DNA from: Sphingobacteriia bacterium 28-36-52
Lineage (GTDB): Bacteria; Bacteroidota; Bacteroidia; Chitinophagales; Chitinophagaceae
Direction of reading: 5' to 3'
Length of the DNA stretch: 64,000 nt
Assembly (NCBI GenBank): GCA_002281575.1
Contig: NCGN01000014.1
Span: 47,711-111,710, forward strand
Made by a program: the position numbers and the translations under genes. The notes under the pieces are model-generated. The model searched no databases and was not told the origin of the DNA. It worked only from the letters and a program-made list of their open reading frames with translations. Of the stretch, positions 48,372-58,679 are shown one piece after another (within the stretch, counting starts at the first letter, position 1; each line of letters begins with the position of its first letter).

Positions 48372-49022
48372 TTATGTTCTTTGGTAAATACCGTTGGTTA
48401 TGGCATAAGTAACAATGCCTGCACTACATTTTGCACCCACTTTTAGCATGATTCTTGTTCTATGCCCCTCTACCGTCCTTTTGCTTAAATGCAATTCACT
48501 GGCTATTTCTTTACTGGTTCTTTCGTCACAAATTCTTTCAATAATTTGTAGTTCACGCTCTGTAAAATTAGCCGTGAGTTTATGGGGCAGTTGATAATTT
48601 TTTGAAATAATATTAGTTAAGCATACTGAGCTAATTTTACAGAAATAGGGTTTCTGCAAGTAGGAGCTTTGTATAGCTTCTACAATTTCATCTGGATCGG
48701 CATGTTTTGATACAAAACCCAATGCGCCTACATCTAACAAATGCAGAATCATTTCATTGGTAATGGCATAAGACAATAAAACAATTGCAGTATTGGGAGC
48801 TGTTTGCAAAACAGTTTTTGCTACAGTTGCCGAATCAGATTCTAAATCTATCAACACTACATCTGGTTGATATTTTCCAATATCGGCTACCCAATTTTCT
48901 TTATACTGATCTTCACCTACTAGTGTTAAAGTATCATAAGATTTTAAAATACTTTTCAAACCCAACTTGTACATTAATTGATTGTCGGCAATAAAAACTT
49001 TTATAGCGCTTTTCATACCCAT
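48372..49022 (-). CDS. LuxR/NarL-family response regulator
   Basis: Receiver-like N-domain (VVLIDL) with DN in place of the usual DD pair. C-terminal LuxR HTH (TERELQIIERICDERTSKEIASELHLSKRTVEGHR). Confidence 0.8.
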   Translation of the reverse strand: MGMKSAIKVFIADNQLMYKLGLKSILKSYDTLTLVGEDQYKENWVADIGKYQPDVVLIDLESDSATVAKTVLQTAPNTAIVLLSYAITNEMILHLLDVGALGFVSKHADPDEIVEAIQSSYLQKPYFCKISSVCLTNIISKNYQLPHKLTANFTERELQIIERICDERTSKEIASELHLSKRTVEGHRTRIMLKVGAKCSAGIVTYAITNGIYQRT

Positions 49023-49125
49023 GCATTTATTTGTGAAAGAATGAATACGTAAATTTCCTATTAAAAATCACAAACAATATCGTAGAAATACGAATTTTTT
49101 ATGTTTTTTTCACGATATTCAAGTA

Positions 49126-49908
49126 ATGAAACAATTGCTATTAACCACCATTATCAGTGGCTTTGTTGCTAATACCAGCTTTGCTCAGCAGAAACCCAAT
49201 ATTGACAGCTTAGTAAAAGAATCTAAAAAAACTGAAGTTTGGGAACCTATTCCTGCCATGGTTACGCCAGGAAAATTAGCCAATGATGCTCCCTCCGATG
49301 CCGTTATTCTTTTTAATGGAAAAAATACCAACGCTTTTCAAAAAGAAGGGGGTGGTGCAATGGGATGGAAAATGGATGCGCAAGGAATTTTAAATGTAGT
49401 GAAGGGTTCTGGTAATATTGAAACCAAAGAAAAGTTTGGGAGTTGTCAATTACATATAGAATGGAAATCTCCAGCAACAATTGCTGGAGCTGGGCAAAGC
49501 AGAGGAAACAGTGGTATTTTTTTAATGGGCAAATATGAATTACAAGTGTTGGATTCTTATAATAATCCTACTTACTCCAATGGTCAAGCTGGGAGTATTT
49601 ATAAGCAATTTATTCCACTAGTAAACGCTTCAAAAAAACCAGGTGAATGGCAGAGTTATGATATTGTATTTAATGCCCCTCGTTTTTTTTCGGATGGTAC
49701 ATTGCAACAGCCTGCAACCATAACCGTTTTTCACAATGGAGTTTTGGTACAAAATAATGTGACTATTCAAGGTGGCACAGAGTGGATTGGAGCCGCCTCA
49801 TACAAAAAGCATGCAGACAAGGAACCTCTGGTAATTCAAGACCACGGAATGGATGGCGGCAATCCGGTAAGCTTCAGAAATATTTGGATTAGACCTTTAA
49901 ATAACTAA
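49126..49908 (+). CDS. DUF1080 (3-keto-disaccharide hydrolase-like) secreted protein
   Basis: Signal peptide. GNSGIFL...YELQVLDS...VQDHG..VSFRNIWIRPL is the DUF1080 pattern. Confidence 0.8.
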   Translation: MKQLLLTTIISGFVANTSFAQQKPNIDSLVKESKKTEVWEPIPAMVTPGKLANDAPSDAVILFNGKNTNAFQKEGGGAMGWKMDAQGILNVVKGSGNIETKEKFGSCQLHIEWKSPATIAGAGQSRGNSGIFLMGKYELQVLDSYNNPTYSNGQAGSIYKQFIPLVNASKKPGEWQSYDIVFNAPRFFSDGTLQQPATITVFHNGVLVQNNVTIQGGTEWIGAASYKKHADKEPLVIQDHGMDGGNPVSFRNIWIRPLNN

Positions 49909-50876
49909 TTGAATTGTCTGGCAAATTCAATGGCTCGGTTTTCTGCCCAAGTATGCATTTGACCTTTCACCATAAACCCACAATGACCTCCCTTTGTAGG
50001 CATTTCTAGAAATAAATATGGGTGTTGCTCTGCGGTTTCAATAGGCATGCAATTCGATAATAAAAAAGGATCGTTTACTGCTTGCACAATCAAAGAAGGG
50101 ATATTTATTTGATGTAATAAAGGGCCTACACTGGCTTTTTCATAAAAGTCTAAAGCATTTTCATATCCATGAAGTGGAGCAGTGTATTTATTATCAAATT
50201 CTATAAAGGTTTTAATTTGATCGTAATTGGTAGCATCAATTTGGCCAGGAAACAACTTTGCTTTTAATTTAATTTTCTCTCCTAGTTTGCGCAAAAATCG
50301 CTTTAAATAAATATTATTCTCTTTGGTAGATAGTGCATCTACACTTCCTTTTAAACTACATGGTACCGAAAATCCAATAGCACTCTTTACTTGAGTGGGA
50401 ACCTCATTCGGAAACTCTGCAATAGCACGAAATGTTAAACTTCCCCCCATACTAAATCCCACCAATGTTATTTCTTGGTAACCATATTGATCAATTGCAT
50501 GTTGAATTACCCCTCTTAAATCGTTGGCATCTCCGTGGTGATAAAATCGAGCCAATCTATTCATCTCACCACTGCAGCTTCTACAATTCCATCCCAAAGC
50601 ATCATATCCATTGGCTTGAAACATTTTAGCCATCCCAGTAACATAATGTCTGGTAGAATCACCCTCTAATCCATGCGTAATAATGACCAGTTTATTTGCC
50701 GATTTTTTAGCTACAGACCAATCTAAGTCTACAAAATCTCCATCGGGCAACTCTAGTCGTTCCCGTCTTGCATATGCAAATTGAACTTTTCTAAAAATAC
50801 TCGGATAAATACTTTGCAAATGACCATTAAACTGTAGAAGTGGTGTTTTATATTGAGTAGAACTTAAAATAGGCAT
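49905..50876 (-). CDS. alpha/beta hydrolase (YheT-like)
   Basis: HGLEG and nucleophile elbow GFSMGG. 323 aa. Confidence 0.8.
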   Translation of the reverse strand: MPILSSTQYKTPLLQFNGHLQSIYPSIFRKVQFAYARRERLELPDGDFVDLDWSVAKKSANKLVIITHGLEGDSTRHYVTGMAKMFQANGYDALGWNCRSCSGEMNRLARFYHHGDANDLRGVIQHAIDQYGYQEITLVGFSMGGSLTFRAIAEFPNEVPTQVKSAIGFSVPCSLKGSVDALSTKENNIYLKRFLRKLGEKIKLKAKLFPGQIDATNYDQIKTFIEFDNKYTAPLHGYENALDFYEKASVGPLLHQINIPSLIVQAVNDPFLLSNCMPIETAEQHPYLFLEMPTKGGHCGFMVKGQMHTWAENRAIEFARQFN

Positions 50877-50930
50877 TGGCTAAATTGTATGCAAATGTAT
50901 TAAATACCTCATTTTATTTAACTTCAATAT

Positions 50931-52028
50931 ATGACTGGCACCCAATACTTAAAATTCCTGAACCCTTTGGCTTTATTTAATACCAAGAGAACTAGGGATA
51001 TTTTTAAAGTAAACCCTACACTTCCTCCAGAAAGAAAGGAAGCAGATAAAATAGTGGTGAAAGTATTTGATTACACGCCTTCTTCATTAAATGAATTCAA
51101 TTATGATGCAATTGAAACCTGTAATCAATTCAATAACAATGGAAATATCAGCTGGATAAATATTGATGGTATCAGAAAAAAGGAAGTAGAATCATTGTGT
51201 AATCACTTTGGAATTCATTATTTAATTGCTGAAGATATATTAAGCGTAGGACAAAGACCAAAAATGGATGAAATTAATCCTGTGCTCTATTGCTTATTGA
51301 ATATGCTTTATTTTAATGATCTAGCAGGTACGGTAGAAACTGAGCAAATTAGCATATTACTAGGAAAGGATTTTGTTATTAGTTACCAAGAAGACGCAAG
51401 TAGAGATGTTTTTGATTCGGTTAGAGAAAAACTAAGAATAACCGATTCAAAATTAAGACTAAGCGGTGCCGATTATTTGTGCTATGCCATGATAGATATG
51501 ATTGTTGATAACTATTATGTGGTAATGGACAAAATAGGTGACCGAATTGAAATGCTAGAAGAACGAATTATACGTAGCAGCAATAAGCGTTCTTTGGCAG
51601 AAATAAATGCGCTTAGAAAAGAATTAATAGTATTAAAAAGAAATGTTGGACCTGTTAGAGATATTGTAAATGGATTTGTAAGAACAGATAGTGAGCTGCT
51701 AGAAGAAAAAACCAGAAAATACTTTAAAGATATTTATGATCATATAGTACAGGCCAACGATTTAGTAGAAAGCCATCGCGATATGATGATCAACTTACAC
51801 GATTTATATGTAAGCAATGTCAATTTAAAACTGAATGAGGTAATGAAGGTAATGACCATTGTTACATGCTTACTAGCGCCAGCAACAGTAATTGGAGGAA
51901 TATTTGGAATGAACTTTGACGTAATTCCTTATGCGCATGAACGAAATGGATTTTTTATTGCCACTACATTAATGATTCTAGTTCCAATCATTATGGTTTT
52001 TATATTTAGAAAAAGAGGATGGTTTTAA
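50931..52028 (+). CDS. corA: CorA-family magnesium/cobalt transporter
   Basis: C-terminal two TM segments with the GMN motif (IFGMNF). Confidence 0.85.
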   Translation: MTGTQYLKFLNPLALFNTKRTRDIFKVNPTLPPERKEADKIVVKVFDYTPSSLNEFNYDAIETCNQFNNNGNISWINIDGIRKKEVESLCNHFGIHYLIAEDILSVGQRPKMDEINPVLYCLLNMLYFNDLAGTVETEQISILLGKDFVISYQEDASRDVFDSVREKLRITDSKLRLSGADYLCYAMIDMIVDNYYVVMDKIGDRIEMLEERIIRSSNKRSLAEINALRKELIVLKRNVGPVRDIVNGFVRTDSELLEEKTRKYFKDIYDHIVQANDLVESHRDMMINLHDLYVSNVNLKLNEVMKVMTIVTCLLAPATVIGGIFGMNFDVIPYAHERNGFFIATTLMILVPIIMVFIFRKRGWF

Positions 52029-53422
52029 ATTTTAACTTTTTTCCACCTTCCTTTCTTGAACAAAATCATACTGGTGATGGCAATACAGGTTTCAGTAATT
52101 ACTATAGCCCAAAATACACCACTTGTTCCCCATTTGGCGCTTCCCGATAAATAATAAGCAACAGGAATTTGAAATATCCAAAACCAAAAAAAGTTAATGA
52201 TGGTAGGCGTTCTGCTATCGCCTGCACCATTGAATGCATTCATCATCACCATACCTACTCCATAAAATAAATAGCCGAAGCTGATGATTCTTAGTGCCCT
52301 TGCTCCTGTTTCAATTACCACTGGTTGATTACTCATCAATCCCACAAAAAATGGTGCAGCTGTTATAAATAATAAGGAAACTATTCCCATGAATATGCCA
52401 TTGTATTTAGCCGTTTTCCAAACAGATTGCTCTGCTCGTTCAATTTGTTTTGCGCCTAAGTTTTGCCCAACTAAAGTTGCAGCTGCATTACTCAAACCCC
52501 AAGCAGGCATTAAAAAAAATATAATTAATCGGATGGCTATTGTATATCCTGCTATTGCGTCACTACCATAACCTGCAATAATTTTTGCCATAAAAATCCA
52601 ACTGGCCGATGCAATTAAAAATTGCAATGTTCCAGTAGATGCAATATTCAATATCGATTTAATAACAGTAAATACGGGTTTAAAATGAGAAAGGCCTAAT
52701 TGAATCAAACCCTTTCCTTTATATAAATGATACAACTGATACAGTACGCCAATTCCTCTTCCTGTAGTTGTTGCCATTGCTGCTCCTGTTAATCCATAAA
52801 AATGAATCAGGATAGGGCATAATACTATATTACACAAATTAGCCAACCATAAGCTTTTCATGGCAATAGCTGCATCACCTGCTCCTCTAAAAATTCCATT
52901 GATTAAGAAGAGCAACATGATTACAATATTTCCTGTAAGCATAATGGTTACATACGTAGAACCGATGTTAATAATTTCGTCGGAAGCGCCTACTAAACCC
53001 AAAATTTCAGGTGCACACAACAAACCAGCAATACTAATAAGTACACTTATACAAAGGCAAATGATTAAAGCCTGTGCACCAGCTTCTGCAGCTGCTTTGG
53101 TATCTTTTTCACCCACCCTTCTTGCCACCATAGCGGTTGCTGCCATGCTTAATCCAATTGCTAAAGAATAAATAATGGTTAGAACAGACTCTGTTAAACC
53201 AACAGTTGCAGCTGCAGCTGAACCTAATTTGCTCACAAAAAAAATATCTACTACTGCAAATACAGATTCCATGCACATTTCAAGTATCATTGGAACCGCT
53301 AGTAAAAAGATGGCTTTTCGCAAGCTTCCTTTTGTAAAGTCTTTGCCCTCACTATTTAATGATTCTTTAAACAAAAAAAATATAGCGCGCAACCGGCCAC
53401 CTACAGATACATTAGACATCAA
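52025..53422 (-). CDS. MATE-family efflux transporter
   Basis: 465 aa with 12 TM segments and typical N-terminal LAVPMILEM / VDIFFVSKLG motifs. Confidence 0.85.
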   Translation of the reverse strand: MMSNVSVGGRLRAIFFLFKESLNSEGKDFTKGSLRKAIFLLAVPMILEMCMESVFAVVDIFFVSKLGSAAAATVGLTESVLTIIYSLAIGLSMAATAMVARRVGEKDTKAAAEAGAQALIICLCISVLISIAGLLCAPEILGLVGASDEIINIGSTYVTIMLTGNIVIMLLFLINGIFRGAGDAAIAMKSLWLANLCNIVLCPILIHFYGLTGAAMATTTGRGIGVLYQLYHLYKGKGLIQLGLSHFKPVFTVIKSILNIASTGTLQFLIASASWIFMAKIIAGYGSDAIAGYTIAIRLIIFFLMPAWGLSNAAATLVGQNLGAKQIERAEQSVWKTAKYNGIFMGIVSLLFITAAPFFVGLMSNQPVVIETGARALRIISFGYLFYGVGMVMMNAFNGAGDSRTPTIINFFWFWIFQIPVAYYLSGSAKWGTSGVFWAIVITETCIAITSMILFKKGRWKKVKI

Positions 53423-53440
53423 TAGTGTATTAAAATTTGA

Positions 53441-54954
53441 TTATTGCTCTTTTATATTGTTTGCAATGATGGTGTAAAGCGTATTAGGATTAAATGGCTT
53501 TGATAAACAACCATTCATTCCAATTTGAACTGCTTTGCCTCAATATCTGTTGTTATTACTGATGCAGTAAGCGCAATAATGGGGATTTGCTTATTCAATT
53601 TTCTGATATTGCTGGTTGCAGTATATCCATCCATCACGGGCATCTGAATATCCATTAAAATTAAATCGTAATGATTCTGCTTTACTTTTTCTACAGCAAT
53701 TGCGCCATTTTCCGCTAAGTCAACTTCTGCATTCCAATTTCGCAACATTCGTTGCGCAACCATTACATTAAATTCAACATCTTCAACGAGCAATATTATT
53801 TTACCTGTTAAGTCGGGTTTGTTTTCATTTCCACTTTGCTTAGATTCTTCTCTTATTTCACTTGTACTCTTTTTAAATTTAAGTGTAAAGTAAAATTTAG
53901 ATCCTACACCTAGCTCACTATCAATGTATATTTCACTTCCTTGAAGTTGTAATAGTCTTCGAATAATGGTTAAGCCTAAGCCAGAGCCGCCAAACTCCCT
54001 AGTAATATTAGTATTTGCTTGAGTAAACCTTTCGAATATTAAATGTTGCTTTTCTTTTGGTATACCTATACCAGTATCTTCTATAGAGAACAATAAATCT
54101 ACATCTTGCTTATTGTTGGCTTTCAATTCAACCCGTATAGTAATGGTACCGTCTTTCGTAAACTTTACAGCATTGGAAATAAGGTTATTTAAAATTTGTC
54201 CTAATCTTACATCATCACATACCAAAAATTCAGGTATATCGTCATCGTAGGTAATCTTAATTCTATTGCGTTTTTCTTCGGCCTTTACTTGATTGGCCAT
54301 CTTAATATTCTTTAGAAAATGCAATACATTGACATTTCTTTCAGCAAAAATAATTTTGCCTTCTTCTAATTTACTAAAGTCTAGTACATCATTAATTAGG
54401 CTTAACAAATTCTCAGAAGAAATTTCCATTACATTCAAGAGCTCTCTTTGATCTGGCGCTAGGTCTTGGTATTGCAATAACATTATGGTTCCAATTATTG
54501 CATTCAACGGAGTTCTAATTTCATGACTCATCACAGATAAAAACTCACTCTTTGCTAATGCAGCTTTTTCTGCAACTTCCTTAGCGTTTATTAGGTCTTG
54601 TTCTAATTGTTTAGTCTTGAGAATTTGTTTCTCTAAAAACGAAATGATATCAATTAGGTCGTCGTTGTCATCTGCAAATTGTTGAGGAGCAGAGGGATCA
54701 AGCGCTCGTATAGCTTCTTTAAGTTTTGATATAGACTGTTTACGTATATCGTTCTGTTCTTGTAAATCTTTTGTAGCCCTTTGGTATTCTTGTTCACTTA
54801 CTTCAAATGCATGTTCGGTAATTTTTCTATCTCTTTCAAAAGAAGAATAGCTATTGTTAATAGCAGCCAAGAGTTTTGCAATTGCCGGGTTAATTTCTTC
54901 CGCAGGTGATAGAAATTGTGAAATTTGTTTTTGAAGTAAACTATGATAAGACAT
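53441..54954 (-). pseudogene. hybrid sensor histidine kinase / response regulator with a 1-nt frameshift near the 3' end (about 53534-53536)
   Basis: H-box SHEIRTPLN, N-box NAVKFT, G1 DTGIGI, G2 GGSGLGLTI, and a receiver ILLVEDV / LILMDIQMP / ALTA. The ORF stops at 53515 after ..DIEAKQFKLE*. The +1 frame continues as AVQIGMNGCLSKPFNPNTLYTIIANNIKEQ*, the expected end of a receiver including the KPF lysine, and stops at 53441. Confidence 0.75.
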
Positions 54955-54967
54955 TAAGTGGCAATAA

Positions 54968-56110
54968 TTATATTTCTGTAAAAGTAGTGATGGTCATGGT
55001 TTGATTGTGCAACTCACAATTAGAACCAGGATTAAAAGGGGATAATTCACCATAGGAATAAAAACCAGTAATGGCGGTATGATTGCCAAATACCTTTTGT
55101 GCAGCTTCTACTTCTTCGGAAGTTCGATCTTGCAAAATAAGTTTTCTACCCACACAGCTAATTAATATTGCCAAATCTGCATGTTGATCTTTATGCATCA
55201 AAGAGCTATTGGTAGCAGCAATGGAAGAGCCGTTGATCACTTTTTCAAAATTCACTTTCATTAATCTTAACTTACTACCCTCTGGCATATTACCAGCAAA
55301 AATCATAGAACCATCTTTTTCATTCACATTTAAAATGGTTCTAACTAAATTTTTATCAACACCATTGGTTCTTAATGAAATAGGAAATAACAATGCAGAG
55401 CCAGGCAGCTCATCTACATACGGACCTAAGTATTCTTTGTATAAATCCAATGCTTTTTTACCATCAATTTCATACAATACATTCTTGGTAGATTTGGTAA
55501 TAACTCGCTCTTTCCCAAACTCATCCCAGCCCCCAAAAGAACTATGTCCAATGGCTAAATTGGTTCCGTAAAATCCTATTGCAACCACTGTTCCTTCTTT
55601 TGCTACTGTATTTAAACCAACTTGTGTTTTTTCAAAACGAGCAGCATCACCAGCTAATCCACCTGTAACAGGAATATTATTCGTATTTAATTCATTGAAT
55701 CCGGAAACTAGATCTGAACCATTCACAAAGGAACCTTCAGAAATAACCAATACCGATACCAAATCATCTTGGTGCAAAAGGCTCATTAAAGACTTGCCCG
55801 TTTCAAAACTATTTACGTTTTTATTGATTTCTACCGATACAGACTTTACCCTTGCTTTTTCAAAATAAACTGCAGTTACTACTGCAGAATCATCATACAC
55901 TTCATTGTGTAATATTTCGCCAGCTGTTGAACAACTAACGATGTCTGCATGAGCAAATTTTGATCGGATTTCATCGAACAATGTTTGATTAGTTATCAAT
56001 TCACCAGAACCAAAAACAAGCACTAACTGTGCTTTTTCTGCTGGAAAATTAGTTGGAATATCATCTACTTTCCACTTACTTGAACCATATTGAATTTGGG
56101 CCGTTTTCAT
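54968..56110 (-). CDS. FIST-domain sensory protein
   Basis: 380 aa with FIST_N/FIST_C-like organisation (..GFYSYGE.. near the C-terminus). It lies immediately upstream of the hybrid kinase. Confidence 0.7.
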   Translation of the reverse strand: MKTAQIQYGSSKWKVDDIPTNFPAEKAQLVLVFGSGELITNQTLFDEIRSKFAHADIVSCSTAGEILHNEVYDDSAVVTAVYFEKARVKSVSVEINKNVNSFETGKSLMSLLHQDDLVSVLVISEGSFVNGSDLVSGFNELNTNNIPVTGGLAGDAARFEKTQVGLNTVAKEGTVVAIGFYGTNLAIGHSSFGGWDEFGKERVITKSTKNVLYEIDGKKALDLYKEYLGPYVDELPGSALLFPISLRTNGVDKNLVRTILNVNEKDGSMIFAGNMPEGSKLRLMKVNFEKVINGSSIAATNSSLMHKDQHADLAILISCVGRKLILQDRTSEEVEAAQKVFGNHTAITGFYSYGELSPFNPGSNCELHNQTMTITTFTEI

Positions 56111-56148
56111 TGAACTTAATCTTTATATTTAAAGATAGCCCTTTTCAA

Positions 56149-56541
56149 TTAATGTGCACAATCATCCTTATGGGCATGGTTGTGCACCCTGCAAAGCTTG
56201 AAGTTAAGATAATGGGCAACAACAATAAGCCCAACTGAAGGAATCAATAGTATCAATTCTAACTCGTGAAAATTAACTTTGACTATAAGAAATAAAATAC
56301 CAAGCGAGAATAAGCTGATTGGCCACCAACTATGGTGATGCTTTTTAAATCCATGGTGCAATGCGTAAATACCCAATACAAAAGCCAGCACAATCATAAA
56401 ATATTCGAAACGAATATTCTCAATAATATTTACGCCAAATAAAGGCAAACTACTGAGAAAAAGGGGTAATAGGGCACAATGGATTGCACAGGCCACCGAA
56501 GTAGCAATTCCCAATGCGTCCCAATTCATCTTAAATTTCAT
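56149..56541 (-). CDS. MerC-like membrane protein
   Basis: SVACAIHCALLPL and the C-terminal HYLNFKLC..H..H..DC pattern. Four TM segments. The ATG at 56541 is preferred over the TTG at 56577. Confidence 0.65.
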   Translation of the reverse strand: MKFKMNWDALGIATSVACAIHCALLPLFLSSLPLFGVNIIENIRFEYFMIVLAFVLGIYALHHGFKKHHHSWWPISLFSLGILFLIVKVNFHELELILLIPSVGLIVVAHYLNFKLCRVHNHAHKDDCAH

Positions 56542-56561
56542 TGAACACAAAACTACAACAA

Positions 56562-56576
56562 TGCAACTTTGTTGCA
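56562..56576. promoter_or_regulatory. inverted repeat TGCAAC-ttt-GTTGCA in the divergent MerC-like / SCO-Fur promoter region
   Basis: Perfect 6-bp arms nested inside ACAACAA...TTGTTGT. It lies 20 nt from the merC-like ATG and 48 nt from the SCO ATG. Confidence 0.4.
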
Positions 56577-56623
56577 AAATATTTGTTGTAAATCTATCTT
56601 ACCTTTACCAAATAATTTAGACT

Positions 56624-57280
56624 ATGAGCAAGAGAGTATTGGTGTATCTAGGATTCTTTTTGGTTTTATTGGGTGCTTTTTATTTTTTCCTGTTTAGGGG
56701 AACAGATAAGTGGAAAAGAAAGCTTTCTGTAATTAGTTACGTTAAGCCATTTCAATTTACCACTCAAGAAGGGCTCCCATTTAACGACAGAGATTTATTG
56801 GGCAAAGTAACAGTTGTGGAATATTTCTTTACCAGCTGTAAAGGAATTTGTCCTAAAATGAACAACAATATGAAGGGGATTTACGAAACATTTAAATCTG
56901 AGCCCGACTTCATGATTTTGGCACATACCTGTGATCCAGAAACAGATTCTGTACCAAGATTAAAACACTATTCGGATTCCTTGAAAATAGATAGCAGAAA
57001 ATGGGTGATGGTAACAGGACGCAAAGACAGTTTATACCAATTGGCCAGAAGCGCCTACTTATTAGATGACCCAAAAAATAGTGTAGACAAAATTGAGGAC
57101 CAGTTTATACATACCCAATTTTTTGCTTTGGTTGATAGAGATGGAAAAGTTCGTTCTCAAATTTATGACGGGCTTAAGAAAGATGAGATAGAGAAACTAA
57201 AACAAGACATTCAAGAATTGCTAAAAGAAAGATCTGCCAATAGTAATTTTGTAAATGGAATTTTTAATAACAACCCATAG
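56624..57280 (+). CDS. SCO1/SenC-family thioredoxin-fold copper chaperone
   Basis: N-terminal TM anchor, CKGICP (CxxxCP) motif and a downstream conserved His. Confidence 0.8.
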   Translation: MSKRVLVYLGFFLVLLGAFYFFLFRGTDKWKRKLSVISYVKPFQFTTQEGLPFNDRDLLGKVTVVEYFFTSCKGICPKMNNNMKGIYETFKSEPDFMILAHTCDPETDSVPRLKHYSDSLKIDSRKWVMVTGRKDSLYQLARSAYLLDDPKNSVDKIEDQFIHTQFFALVDRDGKVRSQIYDGLKKDEIEKLKQDIQELLKERSANSNFVNGIFNNNP

Positions 57281-57288
57281 CATTATTA

Positions 57289-57708
57289 ATGCAGGAAAAA
57301 ATAACAGACATATTAAGGAAACACCAGCTCAGTATCACTGAAGCTAGAAAAAAGATTCTTTCTCTTTTCTGGGAAACTGGTAATGCATTGGCGCACGGTG
57401 ATATTGAACAAAAAAGCAGCGAAGATTTTGATCGGGTAACGATCTATAGAACGCTTCAAACATTTGTAGAAAAAGGAATTATTCATACCATTCCAACCTC
57501 GGATAATTCTGTTCGTTATGCGCTTTGCAAAGACGAATGCGCGGCCGGACATCACCACGATGATCATGTTCATTTTATTTGTGACGACTGTGGTACTACT
57601 TATTGTATTGACGAGGTAAGTGTTCCAAAAGTAAAGCTACCAAAGGGTTTCAGCGCAATTCAAACAGACTTGGTTATTAGTGGAACCTGTAATAAATGCG
57701 AACAATGA
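57289..57708 (+). CDS. Fur-family transcriptional regulator
   Basis: Winged helix (RVTIYRTLQTFVEKGIIH). Metal sites HHHDDH.HF.C..C and C..C. Confidence 0.8.
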   Translation: MQEKITDILRKHQLSITEARKKILSLFWETGNALAHGDIEQKSSEDFDRVTIYRTLQTFVEKGIIHTIPTSDNSVRYALCKDECAAGHHHDDHVHFICDDCGTTYCIDEVSVPKVKLPKGFSAIQTDLVISGTCNKCEQ

Positions 57709-58679
57709 TATTAGTAACTGGTGCTACAGGTTTAGTTGGTTCTCATTTATTGCAACAGCTTGTTCAAGCAGGTGAATCAGTAAAAGCATTGTATAGAAAC
57801 ACTATACCATCAATCAATAATACTGAAGGGGTAGAATGGATTAAGGGAGATATACTAGATGTAGTGTCTTTAGAAGAATCAATGGACCAAATAGACCAAG
57901 TGTACCATTGTGCAGCAGTAGTGTCTTTTAATCCTTCCAAAAAAAAAGCCATGCAGCATACCAATATTGAGGGTACTGCAAACGTGGTAAACGCATGCAT
58001 TAATAAAGGAGTAAAAAGATTACTCTTTGTAAGTTCTGTGGCAGCATTGGGAAGAATAAGAGAAGACAAGCCTATAGACGAAACCATGAACTGGACGCCA
58101 GAAACCAGTAATAGCGAATATGGAAAAACCAAATACTTATCGGAAATGGAAGTTTGGAGAGGTATGAGCGAAGGGCTTTCGGTAGTGATAGTGAATCCAG
58201 TAATTATTTTAGGAAACGGAGATTGGGAAGCTGGGTCGTCGGGCATTTTTAAATCTGCTTACAATGAATTCCCTTGGTATACAGAAGGCATGAGTGGTTT
58301 TGTAGATGTAAAAGACGTTGTGCGTGCAATGGTATTATTAATGAATAGTGCCATTAATGGAGAACGTTTTATTTTGAGCGGGCACAATGCATTTTATAAA
58401 GACCTATTTGGGTTGATTGCAGCCGCCTTTCAAAAAAAGCCACCGCATAAAAAAGTGACTCCTATACTTGCTGCAATTGTTTGGAGACTAGAAGCCATCA
58501 AAGCATTTTTCAGCGGAAAGGACCCTTTATTAACCAAAGAGACAGCTAAAACTGCTAGGGCTAAAGTGAGCTTCAATAATACCAAGCTCTTAAAACAGTT
58601 TCCTGCATTTACTTATACCCCATTAAATGAGTCTATTGGTCGAATCTGCGGGGAATTGAAGCAGAAATACCAATTATGA
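57705..58679 (+). CDS. NAD-dependent epimerase/dehydratase (extended SDR)
   Basis: ILVTGATGLVGSHL and YGKTK (YxxxK). The ATGA overlap with the fur-like stop is preferred as the start. Confidence 0.8.
   Translation: MILVTGATGLVGSHLLQQLVQAGESVKALYRNTIPSINNTEGVEWIKGDILDVVSLEESMDQIDQVYHCAAVVSFNPSKKKAMQHTNIEGTANVVNACINKGVKRLLFVSSVAALGRIREDKPIDETMNWTPETSNSEYGKTKYLSEMEVWRGMSEGLSVVIVNPVIILGNGDWEAGSSGIFKSAYNEFPWYTEGMSGFVDVKDVVRAMVLLMNSAINGERFILSGHNAFYKDLFGLIAAAFQKKPPHKKVTPILAAIVWRLEAIKAFFSGKDPLLTKETAKTARAKVSFNNTKLLKQFPAFTYTPLNESIGRICGELKQKYQL

Noticed and set aside
57764-58246. A surprisingly long (160 aa) antisense ORF inside the epimerase gene, in an AT-rich genome.
   Set aside because: The sense ORF has unambiguous extended-SDR motifs (GATGLVGSH, YGKTK). 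The antisense product is Ser/Thr/Leu/Pro-rich with no motif, start context or promoter box. It is probably a codon-bias shadow. Only ribosome profiling could revive it.
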